From assembly GCA_013239625.1 (NCBI GenBank), contig MU057343.1, positions 19,264,195 through 19,328,194 of the forward strand: 64,000 bases of DNA, in the 5' to 3' direction. Every line of letters starts with the position of its first letter. Positions within the stretch are counted from its first letter, which is position 1. Shown here piece by piece: positions 51,070 to 63,834 of the stretch. The stretch comes from Lama guanicoe (Eukaryota). The position numbers and the translations under genes are program-made. The notes under the pieces were generated by a model. It saw only the letters and a program-made list of their open reading frames with translations. It was not told the DNA's origin and searched no databases.

Positions 51070-51270
51070 TCTGATGCAGTCACAGTGCTTTCCTTGGAAC
51101 CTGGGGTCTGCCGTGTGCTTGTGGTGTGATCTTAGTTACTTAACCACTCAGAGACTCAGTCTTCTCATCTATGACACCGGGGACAATGAGCTATCTGCTA
51201 CACAGCGCTCTTGTTGGGGTGGATTCGTTGAGGTGCTTATGACCTCCCCTGTGGCTGTCAGCTATAATTA
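51070..51270 (+). mobile_element. MIR SINE
   Basis: gtgtgatcttagttacttaaccactcagagactcagtcttctcatctatga. Confidence 0.75.
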
Positions 51271-53569
51271 CCGTTTCTTTAGGGTGCTTGCGTCCACCTG
51301 GAAGAAACCTGCTGGCTCCCTTTCAGTTCTGTATTGCAGCAAACAGTCCAAAACACACACCCATCTATCAAATGAAAAATCATTACCAGGTGATATTAGC
51401 GATTCTATTCCTCAGCGATTGGGCAAAACTACACTTCACCATAATCCTCAGAATCCTACTGAAAGTACCTGCAGTCTGGTGTGTTATTGTAGCAGCCAAC
51501 AGCGTGGAAGGCAGGCAATATCTATTAAAAGTTGTTTGGAGATTAGGACTCGGAGAACAGCTGGGTACCTCTGTTACCGGCAGGCTGCTGACTCAAAAGG
51601 ATGGGGAGAAAAAAAAGCCTCACTGGGATGGAGAGAGGAGAGAAAAACGGCTGAGCTGAGGGTGAAAAAATAAAAGGCCAGCTTTGGCTTTTGAAAACAG
51701 ATTGCTCTGCTGTCCTGTCATGAAGGAGGTGCACAGGCATTCACAATCCCAGGGCCCAATCCAATTCTTTGAAACAAAACAAAACAAAACAAAACCCCAA
51801 AAAACAACATAATATAAACTCTGGGCCAGGTGCAGGCGGGTTTCTCTTGGTGCTCCGCCCGAGGAGGCATTGGTTGTTCTATTTGTATTATGAAAGTGCA
51901 CACACGGCCCTCGCTCTCCCTGCCTGGCCCCACAGGGATGCTGACCACAGAAAGGGTCATGCAGCCGGGAAGCAGATGGCGATGCCGCCCCTGTCAATAA
52001 TTAAATATTATTTACTTAACTCAATGCTCCCGCCTCCTGATCCCAGGCATTCAACTCCTTGTGGATTCAGTTCTAACTCAGAGTCAGGTAACAGAAATGG
52101 CCTCCAACTCTCAGGGCTTCTAGGCACTCGCAACGGGTTCAGAAAGTACAGGCATTCACAGAATGAGTTTTCCAGCCTCTTCTACAGATGTAAACACTGA
52201 GACCCAGACAGGTCAAGCAGTCCACGCAAGGTCACAGGACCAGGTGGTGACCAACCTGGAACCTGGAAAGAGAGCCTGTAACCCTCTACCGAACACACAC
52301 TGACATAGGTAGGTCCTGCCGGAAGCACCCTCTGGGTTCCTATGATGTAACAACAAATACCATACCATCCAACAGTCCTACTTTGGTTTGTCTAAGCCAT
52401 TCAGTCAGTGGTCCCAGTGACATCAGGGAAAAAGGGCAGCAAACAGGATACAATTTTAAAACGAGACCTTCCACCAAGCTTCGCCTTCTCTTGCATGAGA
52501 AAGCGATTTGAGCCTGAATGTTTTAGGACAGAGCATCCTTGGTAGCCTCGTCCTTTCTCTGATTATTTGTCCAAATGGAATTTCTGCAACTCTAAACCGA
52601 GATGAGTGATGTGCCAGAAAACTAGACAACGTGGCATAAACAGAAGCCAGTATGTCTCCAACTGGTAATACAAAGCCTGTACGCTTTTGCATTCGCTTCC
52701 ATAGTCCCTTTAGGTATTTATGTGGCCTCAGTTGTGTACAGGAGGAAAGGTATGTCTTTACTCCTTTGCGCATGTCCACTGAGCCCAGTGCTACACTTAA
52801 CAGGTGTTCATGGATTCTTTAAAAAAAAAAATGCTCCCTGAATTTCTAATGTGTTTTTAGGACTACATTGACTAGATTCTTGTAATTGAAAGAATCTCAG
52901 GGATGATGGAAAGTTGGGGATGGGGCGAGAAGGAATCGTGCCCTCTCCAAATGGGGGAGCTTTGGAGACACGGTGGCAATTCTAGGAGGGAGGGTCTTGT
53001 ATTATGAGGCATCCAAGGCTCCTGCCCACCTGCACTAGCTCCCTGGTCCACATACTTCTGTGAGCAGTAACGGGAGGCATAGCAGGAGGGGTGTAAGTTG
53101 TCATGCTATAATTTAAAATGCCTCCTAGAAAGTAAATACATCAGGATATCAATTATACAGCTTCATCGTGGACTGATTTTTTTTCTCCTAGTTTGTAATA
53201 TTTTGAGAATGGATTTACTCTCATATTGGCAAAATCCTAAGAATGACATGAAAATTTTTTGAAGTGTTTCCATTCCACCAAGGATTAATCCCCTTCTTAA
53301 TGAGCTCTTGTCCTCTGTACAATAAAGTGCTGAGAAGTAACTAGGATCATCTGCTAAATTTATTAGGGAGAGGGCAGAAGACTTTGCTGAGTTCAGTTGG
53401 TTGGAACTCAGTGTGACGCTGGCCCGAGTCACGTGTTTAGCCTCCTTGAAGGACATTTGTTTAGCACACCAGGATTTCACCCTCCCCATCACCACTCTGT
53501 CCAGCCCTTTCCTCTGGGCCCCTGTGGATTCTATTCTTGTAAACAGCACTTTCAATATCTGTTTCTCTC

Positions 53570-53960
53570 AAAAGGGGCGCTCATCTTTACGAACTTCTAG
53601 GAGACGCCTTAGCGAGGCTTTATTTGCCCTGGAGGTCTTGGACGCCCCCACCCTGCCCTCCGTGGGCTAGGAGGCTCTGCCGAGGTGAATCAGCTCCGCC
53701 CCCCTCCTTGCTGCTCTACCTGAGGCCCGGGAGGCGTCCGTTCCCTGGGACCAGGGCTGGCCAGGGCGTTCCGCTGCCTGCACACCAGCTGCTCCTCCGC
53801 TCCCCAGTGCGCACCTGCCAACAACGCGGCTCCTCTGCCAGTTGTTCAATAGGGAGAGGGGCAGCTGTGAAGAGGAGAAGGAGGCGGGCTGTTCATTTTC
53901 TTTCTTTTGGAAATTCTGCGTTGGGAGCCTGTGCCTACTTAGAATGTTTCCCCAGCAGCT
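53570..53960. promoter_or_regulatory. Small GC/CpG-rich promoter- or enhancer-like element
   Basis: Local CpG enrichment, GC boxes (ctccgccccc ~53693, aggcggg ~53882), E-boxes cagctg/cacctg, and a minus-strand donor CAG|gtagag at 53720/53719. Confidence 0.5.
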
Positions 53961-54703
53961 CAACCCGTTTAGTTCTCTTGCTGGGGAGCATTTTCTGTCA
54001 ATTTTCCAAAACGTATATATTCCAGGCAGTTTGCTGGAGGTTTTGCATAGATCCTCATTAAGAAAGCTCAGCCTGGCTTTTCTCTGTATTCCAGAAGCGT
54101 AGAATTTTAGCACCACGAACTCCAGCACCCTTCTATATGGCATTTGAAGGATTGGGCTTCACAAATCAGCCTAGTGTCTCTTGGCTGTAGAACAAACTGA
54201 AAATTCATCCTATACTGGCTGGGAGAACAAAGATTCATCTGCGGGAACAAGTTCTCAGGGATGATAGCCAGTGACCTGTCATTTTTCTCTTAGGAGTTCA
54301 AAAACACTATTTAGGCTAATAATTGCTACCTTCTCTCCTTCAGAGACTCATTTTTTTTTCCCTCCTCTTCCCTGCTCCAGCTCCAGTCTTTAGAAGCAGA
54401 TCCAAACTACCATTTCAGGTGGATCAGGTAGGAATTGCTAATAAGTGCCAGTTACAGATGGAAAGTGCGAGGTGACCATGGCTCGCTGTGGGCACTGGGC
54501 AGGTAAAGTCTATCGCCAGAGTCCCACCCCATCCCTCAGCTACGGCAAACCACAGACCTAATGACATCGATGCAACTCCAGTGCCTGTTTGGATAGCCAA
54601 ATAATTTCTAAAGAAGCTCAAATTATATATTAGCTTGCAGTACCTGCACTCCAGAAAACTCAACCCTCAAGGTCTTTGGGTACCACGGTCTGAACATGCT
54701 TTT

Positions 54704-54745
54704 ATTCTCCTAGTTCTTTTTTTTTTTTTAATTCTCCTAGTTCTT
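54704..54745 (-). mobile_element. Poly(A)-only retro-insertion between 15-bp TSDs
   Basis: attctcctagttctt occurs at 54704-54718 and 54731-54745, flanking T11A. Confidence 0.75.
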
Positions 54746-56879
54746 GTCGGCACACCGCTACTCAGCTGATACATGCTCTTTCTGTGTTTTACGATTTATG
54801 CTTCAGAGAAAGCTGTATAGGCAAAGTGGATAAAGCCATAAATTTTCTAATAGGACATATTTTAAATGACATTACTTTGACTCAGAACCTGTGTTCTCAC
54901 TGTGGATATCAATGTGTTTCTCAAAACAATTCAATAAACAATTTCAAGGGCAGTGTTTCATTTATGAAGGCCTTTCACTGTTAACAAGACTCCCTCAGAT
55001 AATTATAAGAGCATTTCTGGTATGCTGCAGTATATAATAGAATCCAGCATTAGTAACTGAACTACTATAGCGGAATTTCTGCTAAATTCACCATAATTAG
55101 ATAATTAGCTACACATGCTCTGATCCATTATCTATTTGCATAATTAATAAATGTTATCCAGGTCTGTCTTCAGTTGAAGCATTTAAATATCTTACTGACT
55201 TTCCTCTTGCTAACTGCATGCATTTCAGGGGCAACATTATTATTAAAATTCTAAGACTATATTAAGACATTAAAATCGAAGTGAAATCAATCTTTTGAAC
55301 ATAATAGAGCTGACATCACAGTAGGGGTACGTATATGGAAAACATACTGTTATTCGTTAAGAGTTAGAAATGTCTGTATGAGTGTCAAAGCTTATCATTA
55401 TTAGCTTTTATACATCCTCTTGCTTTGAATTCCTTATTATTTAAATGAAGAAATGGAAACCGCAGAAACTCCCTGATTCATGTGTATACAATGCTAATTT
55501 AATACAGACTTATCAGGTATTTGATCTGATGGGGTTGCTCAATTCCTAACCTTCAATTTTGATAACTGATTATTGTTGGAACAATGCCAAGGATAGTGAC
55601 TATACCTTATTTAGTGAAGTGCTTTGAGACTTAGGAAACTGCTCTGCTGAATGTCGGGAAAGAGTTAAAGAATTCAAATGAGCCCCAAAGGGATTTTCTA
55701 CTGGCGAGGCAGCAATTATAAGAGAAGCCAAAGCATCACACGTTAAACAGGACTATTTTGTTTTGTAGGCAAAAAGAGAAACTTTTGAAAGAGGAAACAA
55801 AGACCACGCAGAAATGAAATGCTGTTCTTAGGCCAACCATCTTCTTACCAGCAATGAACTAATTAGGTATTCCTTTTTACCAAAAGCAAAAGGACACAGG
55901 AATGCCCCAGATCATGGGAAAGAAGGGGAGGTATTAGAACAGGATGGACCCATGTGACATCCAGGGTAGAAGTAGCTTTAGCTGGGTAGCCAGATTCTTT
56001 ACTGGGGCTCCTGGTTAGCCAAACCATGGTTGTTAGAAGATCAGAAAGACTGAAGTTATCAATTTAGTTCTTGTAGACCTATGTCTAGAGGACAGAGTTT
56101 GTAACTGATGAAGGCAATAATCGTTTGATGAAAAATGGTTTTCATTAGCAAAGTGTCCAAAGAAAAAGTGCTGCTTTGGGAAAGCTATGAAGAAACACAA
56201 GTGAAGGGAGACTACGTTAGCCCAAAGGCTGCTGTGATAAACACAATCAAGATAACTCCTAAGTACTTAATTCGATGGAGGAAAGTCGTTCCCTTGCAGC
56301 ACAGTACTGAAATAGCATGAATGGAAAACTGCAAACAGACACATGTATAAGATGGAAGACAAGTTAGGCGACAGGCTCTTTAGCAACTTTGTTCCAAAGA
56401 ATTCAGAAGAAGAGTGAGAAGCCAGAATGTTCCTGGAAATAGGAGAGGACAATTAGCTTAGCTTGGACAAGAAGTTCTAAAGAAAACTTGGACCCGAAAG
56501 TTAGAAAAGTATCAATCTCTGCAAAGAAGAAACTGGTGTTTAAATGAGAAAGGTGTAAAGCTCATTGCAAACAGTTATATCAGGGGCCTCTGCACACATC
56601 TTGATAAACGTCTGTGTGTATTTTGTTCATGTCACCGTTTTGCTTATTCTGGAAGAATAATAAATTCCTATTTCCAAGGTGCCAAGTACAAACACTCCAT
56701 TCGCTCAAATGGTGCTCATGGAGGAAAACGCTGACTATGGGTAGAAGCAAGTAACTACCCAGTCATAACTGCTATCTGTGCAGGGAACAGAAGCAACTCT
56801 GACTTGGGGCCTTTGCTACGTAAACACTAGATATGCAACAAACAGCAATCTTCTCTGACTTAGACCTATGTTCTTAACA

Positions 56880-57310
56880 GGGCTGGCAGGTCTTCATGGC
56901 TTCTGCCCACCATCTCTTCCCATGTGACTCAATCATTATAGTCCAGAAAGACTAAACTTCTTGCTATGTCATAATTCTGTACCGCATTGACTTTGCCTGG
57001 AATAGATTTCTTCCGCTCGTTTGCCTGGTGGGTGCCTATTCACCCTTCGGCAACTCAGCTAATCTTTCCTCTCCTTTAGGACAATCTTAATTAGTTCTCC
57101 TTTTGCATGAATTTTGTAACTTGTAGGTTATTTTAAAAATTCTGGCACTTTCCCGCTACATTTTGTTTATGTTTACTCCTTCCATAGTCTGTCAACCCTT
57201 TGAGGGAAACACCTGTGTCTTCTGCATCTTTGTACCATGATTGCTGGCATAATGTCATAACTGCCGTGGCCGGGGCTCAGCGAATCCCTACTGAGTGAGT
57301 GGATGGATGT
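56880..57310 (+). mobile_element. L2 LINE 3' region
   Basis: tttgcctggaatagattt...gtcaaccctttgagggaaacacctgtgtcttctgcatctttgta...actgagtgagtggatggatg tail. Confidence 0.75.
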
Positions 57311-57419
57311 ATCAAAACCCTGGAACTCAAATACGTATCACCAAATATGATCTCCTTCAATTCTGCCAACTTTTCAAATGACATCTGCAGAACAACTTAA
57401 ATTACCTTCCTGGGGGGGG

Positions 57420-57650
57420 GCAGTTACTATGTCAGGTGCCAGCTCCCCTGAGTTCTGTCCATGAGCTGACTCATTTACAGCCTCACCACAACCCCTGGAG
57501 GTTAGCACTGTCAATATTCTCTTTTCAGGGGAGGAAACTGAGGCATAACATGGTCAAGTAGCTTTCCCAAGATCACACAGACAACAGCAGCTGGACTTGG
57601 ACTGAACCATGAGGACAAGTTTCCGAGCTGAGCCCTTAAGCACCAGGCAG
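57420..57650 (-). mobile_element. MIR SINE
   Basis: ctcatttacagcctcaccacaaccctg...gaggaaactgaggcata...ttcccaagatcacacag. Confidence 0.85.
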
Positions 57651-60087
57651 CATGAGCTTGAGAACGAGAGGATTCGTGAGTGCAGGCTTTCCTCGGCTAC
57701 TCCTAGAAAATGAGCCTGTGATTTCATTTTCTGGGATGATAAGAGGCATTTTAGCCTAAGCAACCCAACATGTATGATGAATTTAACTTGAGACCATGCC
57801 AGGACAGACATTTATCATGGTTCATTTAAGTAACTGTTCATTAAGTAGCTGGGGCAAAGGAAATCACTGTGAGACCAGAAAGGGTCTCTAATGAGAAAAA
57901 GAGAGGGATGTGGCAAACCAAGAATCTGAAGTACTGGGAACATGTATTATAGAAAATTGTAGAGATGTGTACATGATCACATTCATAAATTTTAAAGCAC
58001 AGCTTATAAAATTAATAATAGACGTAGTAGTCCAGAGCAGTGTTGAAATCACAGAAAAACACTCCCACAAACAATATATATACTTTCAAAAAAACACAGG
58101 CTTTTTACATGTATTTTTCAAACACGATGCAGGATAGTCTCAAACCACAGCAATCCATGAAAATTCCTATTTGTTTTCTGTATTCACTTTTCTTAGACAC
58201 CATGGTTACTTGCTTCCTAGTATTTTTCTTCAAATCTCTTCTGAATGAACTTTTTGATTTTCCTTTTCCTGTACTACGATTCTCCATGACTCTGTACCAA
58301 AAAGAGCGTGGCATCAAGAGAAGGCAAGGCAGGGGGGAAGTTTAGGGCAAAGCCAGAACCCTTTTAATAGCAATGGGAAGAGGATTTCGATACATGAACG
58401 ACTATTCCTCCCCTTCTCAGAATCAGAAAAGTGGTAGAGGCTGCCTGCCCGCGGGGCCTGGCCAACCGGGCATTCATAAAGTCTAACTGTCCATACATGT
58501 TCCTCAGTGGAATAAGGCTGTGCCATTGGTTTTGAGAAATTAGGCTAACGACAACAAAAAAGATCAATAGATTTGACTGTCATTAAAAAAGTTTTTAAAG
58601 CTCTTCATAAAAAATTTAAATGTAAAGAGAACCTCAGATTTTTATTTGGGCAAAATGCAAGAAAAACAACTTACTGCATACACATTCTAACTTACAACGG
58701 AGGCACCATGAAAGGTGGGGTCAGGGAGGGGAAGTAATGGAACGTTTCCCAGGGGAAGTGTCTCCTAGGCTATCTTGAAGCATAAGAGATGTGCATATGT
58801 ATGTACGTGCATGTGTGTGGGGGGGTTATACAGTATGAGTAGGACACAATAAAAGGGGTCTATTCTGATTGCCCTGAGTACATTAAAGTCTTTAGAGCCC
58901 TGAGTGTTAACAGCCCCACCTCTGGATGCTACTCAGAGGAGGAGGGGATGAGAATTTTCGTGAGTTCCTGGCATATTCTCTCTGAGTAAGTGAGGGCTAG
59001 TTCAGTCATGGTAAGTTTCAGTTCCTGATGTCATCTGGTTAGACACAACAATTTAGTCCTTCAATAGACTACTAATTCAAATTTGGTTCCTTAATAGACA
59101 CAAATGCTAGTGCCCCTCTTAGCTGGTCCTGGGGCCTATGAAGAGGTCCATTTCTGCTGTCTTTTCTCTCAGGAAGTGCTCCTCTCTGACCCACTCACTG
59201 CCTCGTGCCTTCTGCTGAAACATCAGCTCCACGGGGTTGCAGACTGGCTCCTCTCTACATGTTTGCCACACTCCCTGAAAATGGAAACTTTCTTAGAACA
59301 TATGCCAAGCCTGAGCCCCTGTGCTAATCAGCACACGATAAGGTAAGCTATTTTATTTTGGTCCTGGGAGATTTTTCAAAACCAATTTGCTACATTCCTT
59401 GCATTTACAGTGTATATCAAATGCTGAATTATTATCACTCCATTCCTTACAAACTTTAAATTTTGCCTTCTTTCCTGTTACTTTTTGTTGATGTTTGCAA
59501 AACAGATTGATTCATTAAAAGTTAGTTGTGGTGTTTTCAATTCCTCTCTTAAGAATTTATGAGATTGCAGCAAAAGCAAACTACTAATAATTTGCCTTGA
59601 ATAATATGGCATGGGGTTTGACTGGGAAGACTTTGCTACTAAAAATGAACCCAGATTTCAAAAACTGCTGAATTGGAAGTTTCCTAGCAATAGCCCAGGA
59701 TAACTTTCTTTCCAGCTTTAACTGGTTGTTTAAAGACTGCTTGAAATCTTTTTTTTTTTTTTCCTTTTGGCAGGCATCTCACTACCTCACAAGACAGTTC
59801 ACTCTGAATTGTTAAGACACTTTTTCTTTGTACCTTTAATGAAAAAAATTCCTTCTTCTTGATAGGTTCATGGCAGTTTCTTTCTCTATGTTGACAAAGT
59901 GGTTTATTACGCAGCTCTTTATGATAATTCTATTGTTCTAATATTTATTTAATGCTGCCAACCTCAGATATTGCTGCTGCTGGCTACCGCCCAGTGAGTG
60001 CCCACAGTTCAATAGCGGGTTTGCCTATAGTGTCTCTAAACCTTAAGCAATATTCCTAGGAAAATTAATGAATTAATTAATGAATTT

Positions 60088-60230
60088 ATGTTTTGTTTTT
60101 CAGGGGGGAGGTAATTAGGTTTATTATTTATTTATTTATTTAATTTATTAATGGAGGTACTGGGGATTGAATCCAGGACCTCGTGCATGCTAAGCATGTG
60201 CTCTACCTCTAAGGTATATCACCTCCCCCC
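60088..60230 (-). mobile_element. Camelid-type tRNA-derived SINE (vic-1-like), second copy
   Basis: The reverse complement ggtagagcacatgcttagcatgcacgaggtcctggattcaatccccagtacctcc...(taaa)n aligns with the 45137 copy. Confidence 0.85.
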
Positions 60231-61029
60231 ACCAAGAAAGTTTGATTAATCCCACTTTACTGGTATGAAAACCAAAGGTCAGAGAATAGATGTGACTTTT
60301 CCCCAAATGCACAGAATAATTAGCAGAACCAGAACTTTGAGCACAGGGATGCCTAGCTCCAAAATTCATGTTTCCCCCCTCCCCCACCACAAAATACATG
60401 CTGCTGTTTTCTTGATGTACTGCCACGATGTATCAGGCACTGAGCTGGGTGCTGTAGCAATAAAGGGCTATCTACAGTACACAGTCTGCCCTTGAGAAGT
60501 TATCAATTTGGCAGGAAAGACAGTCACACACTGACAGTGTCTGTGGCAGGAAGGCTTCATCAAGCTAAGAATCTCATTCTCTCACTAGGTGAACTCACGC
60601 CACAGCACTGCTGGTATCATTTCCTCCACAGCACCCAAAGCCTAAGACAGTGACACACCACAAAGTTACCATCATGGACAGCTGACAAAATGTCCTCTCA
60701 TAAGATATCCAAGACCCACTGTGTGTGAATTTAACATCTATCTCTTTATCCTGCACCTCACTGGCTGTTTTCTTGGAGTTTGGAGGTAGAGGAGGCCAAC
60801 ATAGGCTCATACCAACGCAGCCAGAATTCTGGACTTAAGTCTAGAGCAACAGCCCTCTGTGAGTTCACAAGGGCTGGTGGAGGACAGTGGGATGAAGAGA
60901 ACGGGCTGTTGTCTTAATTGTTCAAATTGTCCTGAATAACTAAACTGAGCTGCCTGGAACCGCTCCTTGTCTATGTGCTCTGTGTGTGAAACCTAATCTG
61001 AACTGTCCTTCCTTGAGTAAAAATAATAC

Positions 61030-61577
61030 TTATATCCACAGGAAACTCTAACTTGAAATGATACATGANNNNNNNNNNNNNNNNNNNNNNNNNNNNNNNN
61101 NNNNNNNNNNNNNNNNNNNNNNNNNNNNNNNNNNNNNNNNNNNNNNNNNNNNNNNNNNNNNNNNNNNNNNNNNNNNNNNNNNNNNNNNNNNNNNNNNNNN
61201 NNNNNNNNNNNNNNNNNNNNNNNNNNNNNNNNNNNNNNNNNNNNNNNNNNNNNNNNNAATATCACTTATATATGGAATTTTAAGAAAAATGATACAAATG
61301 AACTTATTCACAAAACAGAAACAGACCTACAGACATAGAAAACAAACTTTTAGTCACCAGAGGGGAAAGGAGAGTATGGAGGGATAAAGTGGTAGTTTGG
61401 GATTTGCAGATACTAACTACTATACATAAAATAGATAAACAACAAGGTCCTACTGTATAGCACAGGGAACTATATTCAATACCTTGCAATGGCCTATAAT
61501 GAAAGAGAAGATGAAACACTGTTCTGTACACCAGAAATTAACATTGTAAATCAACTATACTTCAATTAAAAAAAAAT
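61030..61577 (+). mobile_element. 5'-truncated cetartiodactyl-type L1 spanning gap 61069-61257
   Basis: atatcacttatatatggaat...acagacatagaaaacaaact...cctactgtatagcacagggaactatattcaatacc...tacttcaattaaaaaaaa. Confidence 0.95.
61069..61257. other. Assembly gap (189 N)
   Basis: N run inside an L1. Confidence 1.
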
Positions 61578-62139
61578 GCTAGTTGTGTAAGTTGTGCCAG
61601 GTGTCTGTGTGTGCACATATGCAGTGTGTATGAGTGTTTGTGTCAGAGAGCAAGAAAAACTGGCTGAAAGGTCACAAAGAAGATTTTAAAAATCCAACCA
61701 TACTGAGCATTCCTATTTGAAAAAAAATCTCAGTTTTGATTTACTAAGACTTACATCCAACAACCAGGAAGAGAGGATCACAGAAGAAAAAAAAGATAAT
61801 TTAGACCCGACCTAATCAAATTACTTAATATTTGGCGGTAGTGATTTGGGCCCAGAGAATTTAGACATTTGCTCAAGGCCACAAATAGTGAAGGGTTATA
61901 ATTTATGTACTTCTTCTCCATGGCACTTCCACCTACAACATACAAGTTTACAGCTATAATTACTACAATTTGGAAATGTTTACAAGTCCCTAATGCCTGG
62001 AGTAAGGGACTAAGGGTCGTCTACACAGGCGACAACCACATGTAAAAAGAATATTTTGGAACATCCTTCCCAAATCGCAAACTCTTTTAGCACCAGCTCC
62101 TCTGCAGTAACAGACTCAACGAAGTGCAGTAGAAAGGAA

Positions 62140-62340
62140 ACAGGTGTTACGTCTGGACAGAGCTGGTTCAGGACTTCCTAGCTGTCTGATTTTGGGTAAG
62201 CTAGTGAACTTCCTGAAGTTTTGTTTCCTCATCTGCAAAGTGGGGGAAAGAAAAGTTCTCTCTCTACATGCTTCTGAAGGTTTAATTAGGGAAAGTATGT
62301 GAATTACTAAGCCTAGTACTGGTACAAGTGTTAGAACCTG
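62140..62340 (+). mobile_element. MIR SINE
   Basis: ctagctgtctgattttgggtaagctagtgaacttcctgaagttttgtttcctcatctgcaaagtgggg. Confidence 0.8.
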
Positions 62341-63834
62341 CCCGGGACTGGTAGAAATGGTGGATACAAAGGAGCCAGGATCTGCATATTTCATACTTCC
62401 TTTTCTACCATTTGATTTCAATTCAAAACTGTTGCATTTCTTGACAATGGCTGTTCTTCAAAGAATGAGACTAGAAAATTCACTCGTTCATAGCTCTTAA
62501 TCTCCACCACAGTCACCACCTACAACTGGCCCCTTTTGCTCTACTCGGCAGAAATCATTGTGCCCCTTGCGGAACTGTCAAATGCTGTGAGTGTTGAGGC
62601 CAAAGATAGACTTTTGGGAGAAAAAGATATGAGAAAGTCACGGTATACACTAGGAGTAAGATGATGAGATATCTTTTTAATGACATGTGAATCTTCTAAA
62701 TTTCTTTGAATTTTGTAGAGATGTTATGACAAAGTGACAGGACAAAAGGCCACCGTCTTTTACCCTTGAATCCTGGCATGAGTTTATCCAGGGTATGAAA
62801 GGAAGCTCTAAAATTCAAGGTATTCTTTTCCTACACATTAAATTTGATTGTGTTCTATATAGAAAAATTCACACCTTTAATCTATTTTCAGTATTTTGTC
62901 TCCATTTCAGAATCCCACCAGAATCTTAAGATGACAATGAACTTGCTTCATTCATAACTGCAGTGAACAATATCTTACATTCTTTACTGCCCCTTGCTGT
63001 CTCCCCCACATATGTTATCTTTGCCTCTCTTCCTCCTTCCATTTAACAAATATTAAGAATTATATGAATGACAATCAGGAATAATATTGAGAAGGGAAGA
63101 GCGATGAATGAAATGTTGTCTCTTCTCATGTCAGTGGAGCTAGAATTGCCAAGTACCTCCCCTCAGTAGCATGAGGAGCTTGGGGAGGGGTGAGGAGAGG
63201 AAATAGTGTAAACATTTCTCCAGAAAGCCAGTACACTTCGGGGGTCTAATGCAATGTGACTTTAGTACATTTCATACATCGAATACAAACTGTGCCCAGA
63301 TAGCACGCATGCTCAAATTGGGGCCCCCTGCCTGGCCAAGCCCCTGGTGTTAATGAGATGCTCTGCAGGACATCCTGGCTTCACCAACCAGACAAGATGT
63401 CAGTGTGTGCCCCCCAGGCACTTGAAGCTGGCACGTATTTTCAAATTTCCTTCCCGCCTGGCAGGGGAAACACTTTCTCAGACACATGATAAAACTGCAG
63501 CGTGAAGCAGGATAACGAGGCTCTGGCAAGGGCTATTTCAGAGGACCACTGTGCTCACCAGCTGCACTGACCGTGTACCCTCCACACCCACCCCCACTCA
63601 AGAGCATTGACTACCTCTCTTTACTCCACACTGAAGAAGACTTTTCATCTGATAAGTCTCATCCAAGAGGAATTTGTCAAGTGATATATGGTATATAAAA
63701 GGAATATGGTTGACGGTCGGGGATTGAGGGATTGGAGACTACAACCAAAATCTTGCAGATGCATATTTGCCTAACCATAGCAGAAAAAGAACTCTTCTTG
63801 CTCAAAACTCAGAAAGCCTAGGGAATCCTATTCC

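Noticed and set aside
51074-51673. 199-aa ORF (longest in the track)
   Set aside because: Starts within a MIR, has no recognisable domain, and has a Ser/Leu/Cys-rich composition typical of non-coding DNA.
53624-54143. Overlapping ORFs on both strands
   Set aside because: Expected from local GC richness. Treated as regulatory DNA instead.
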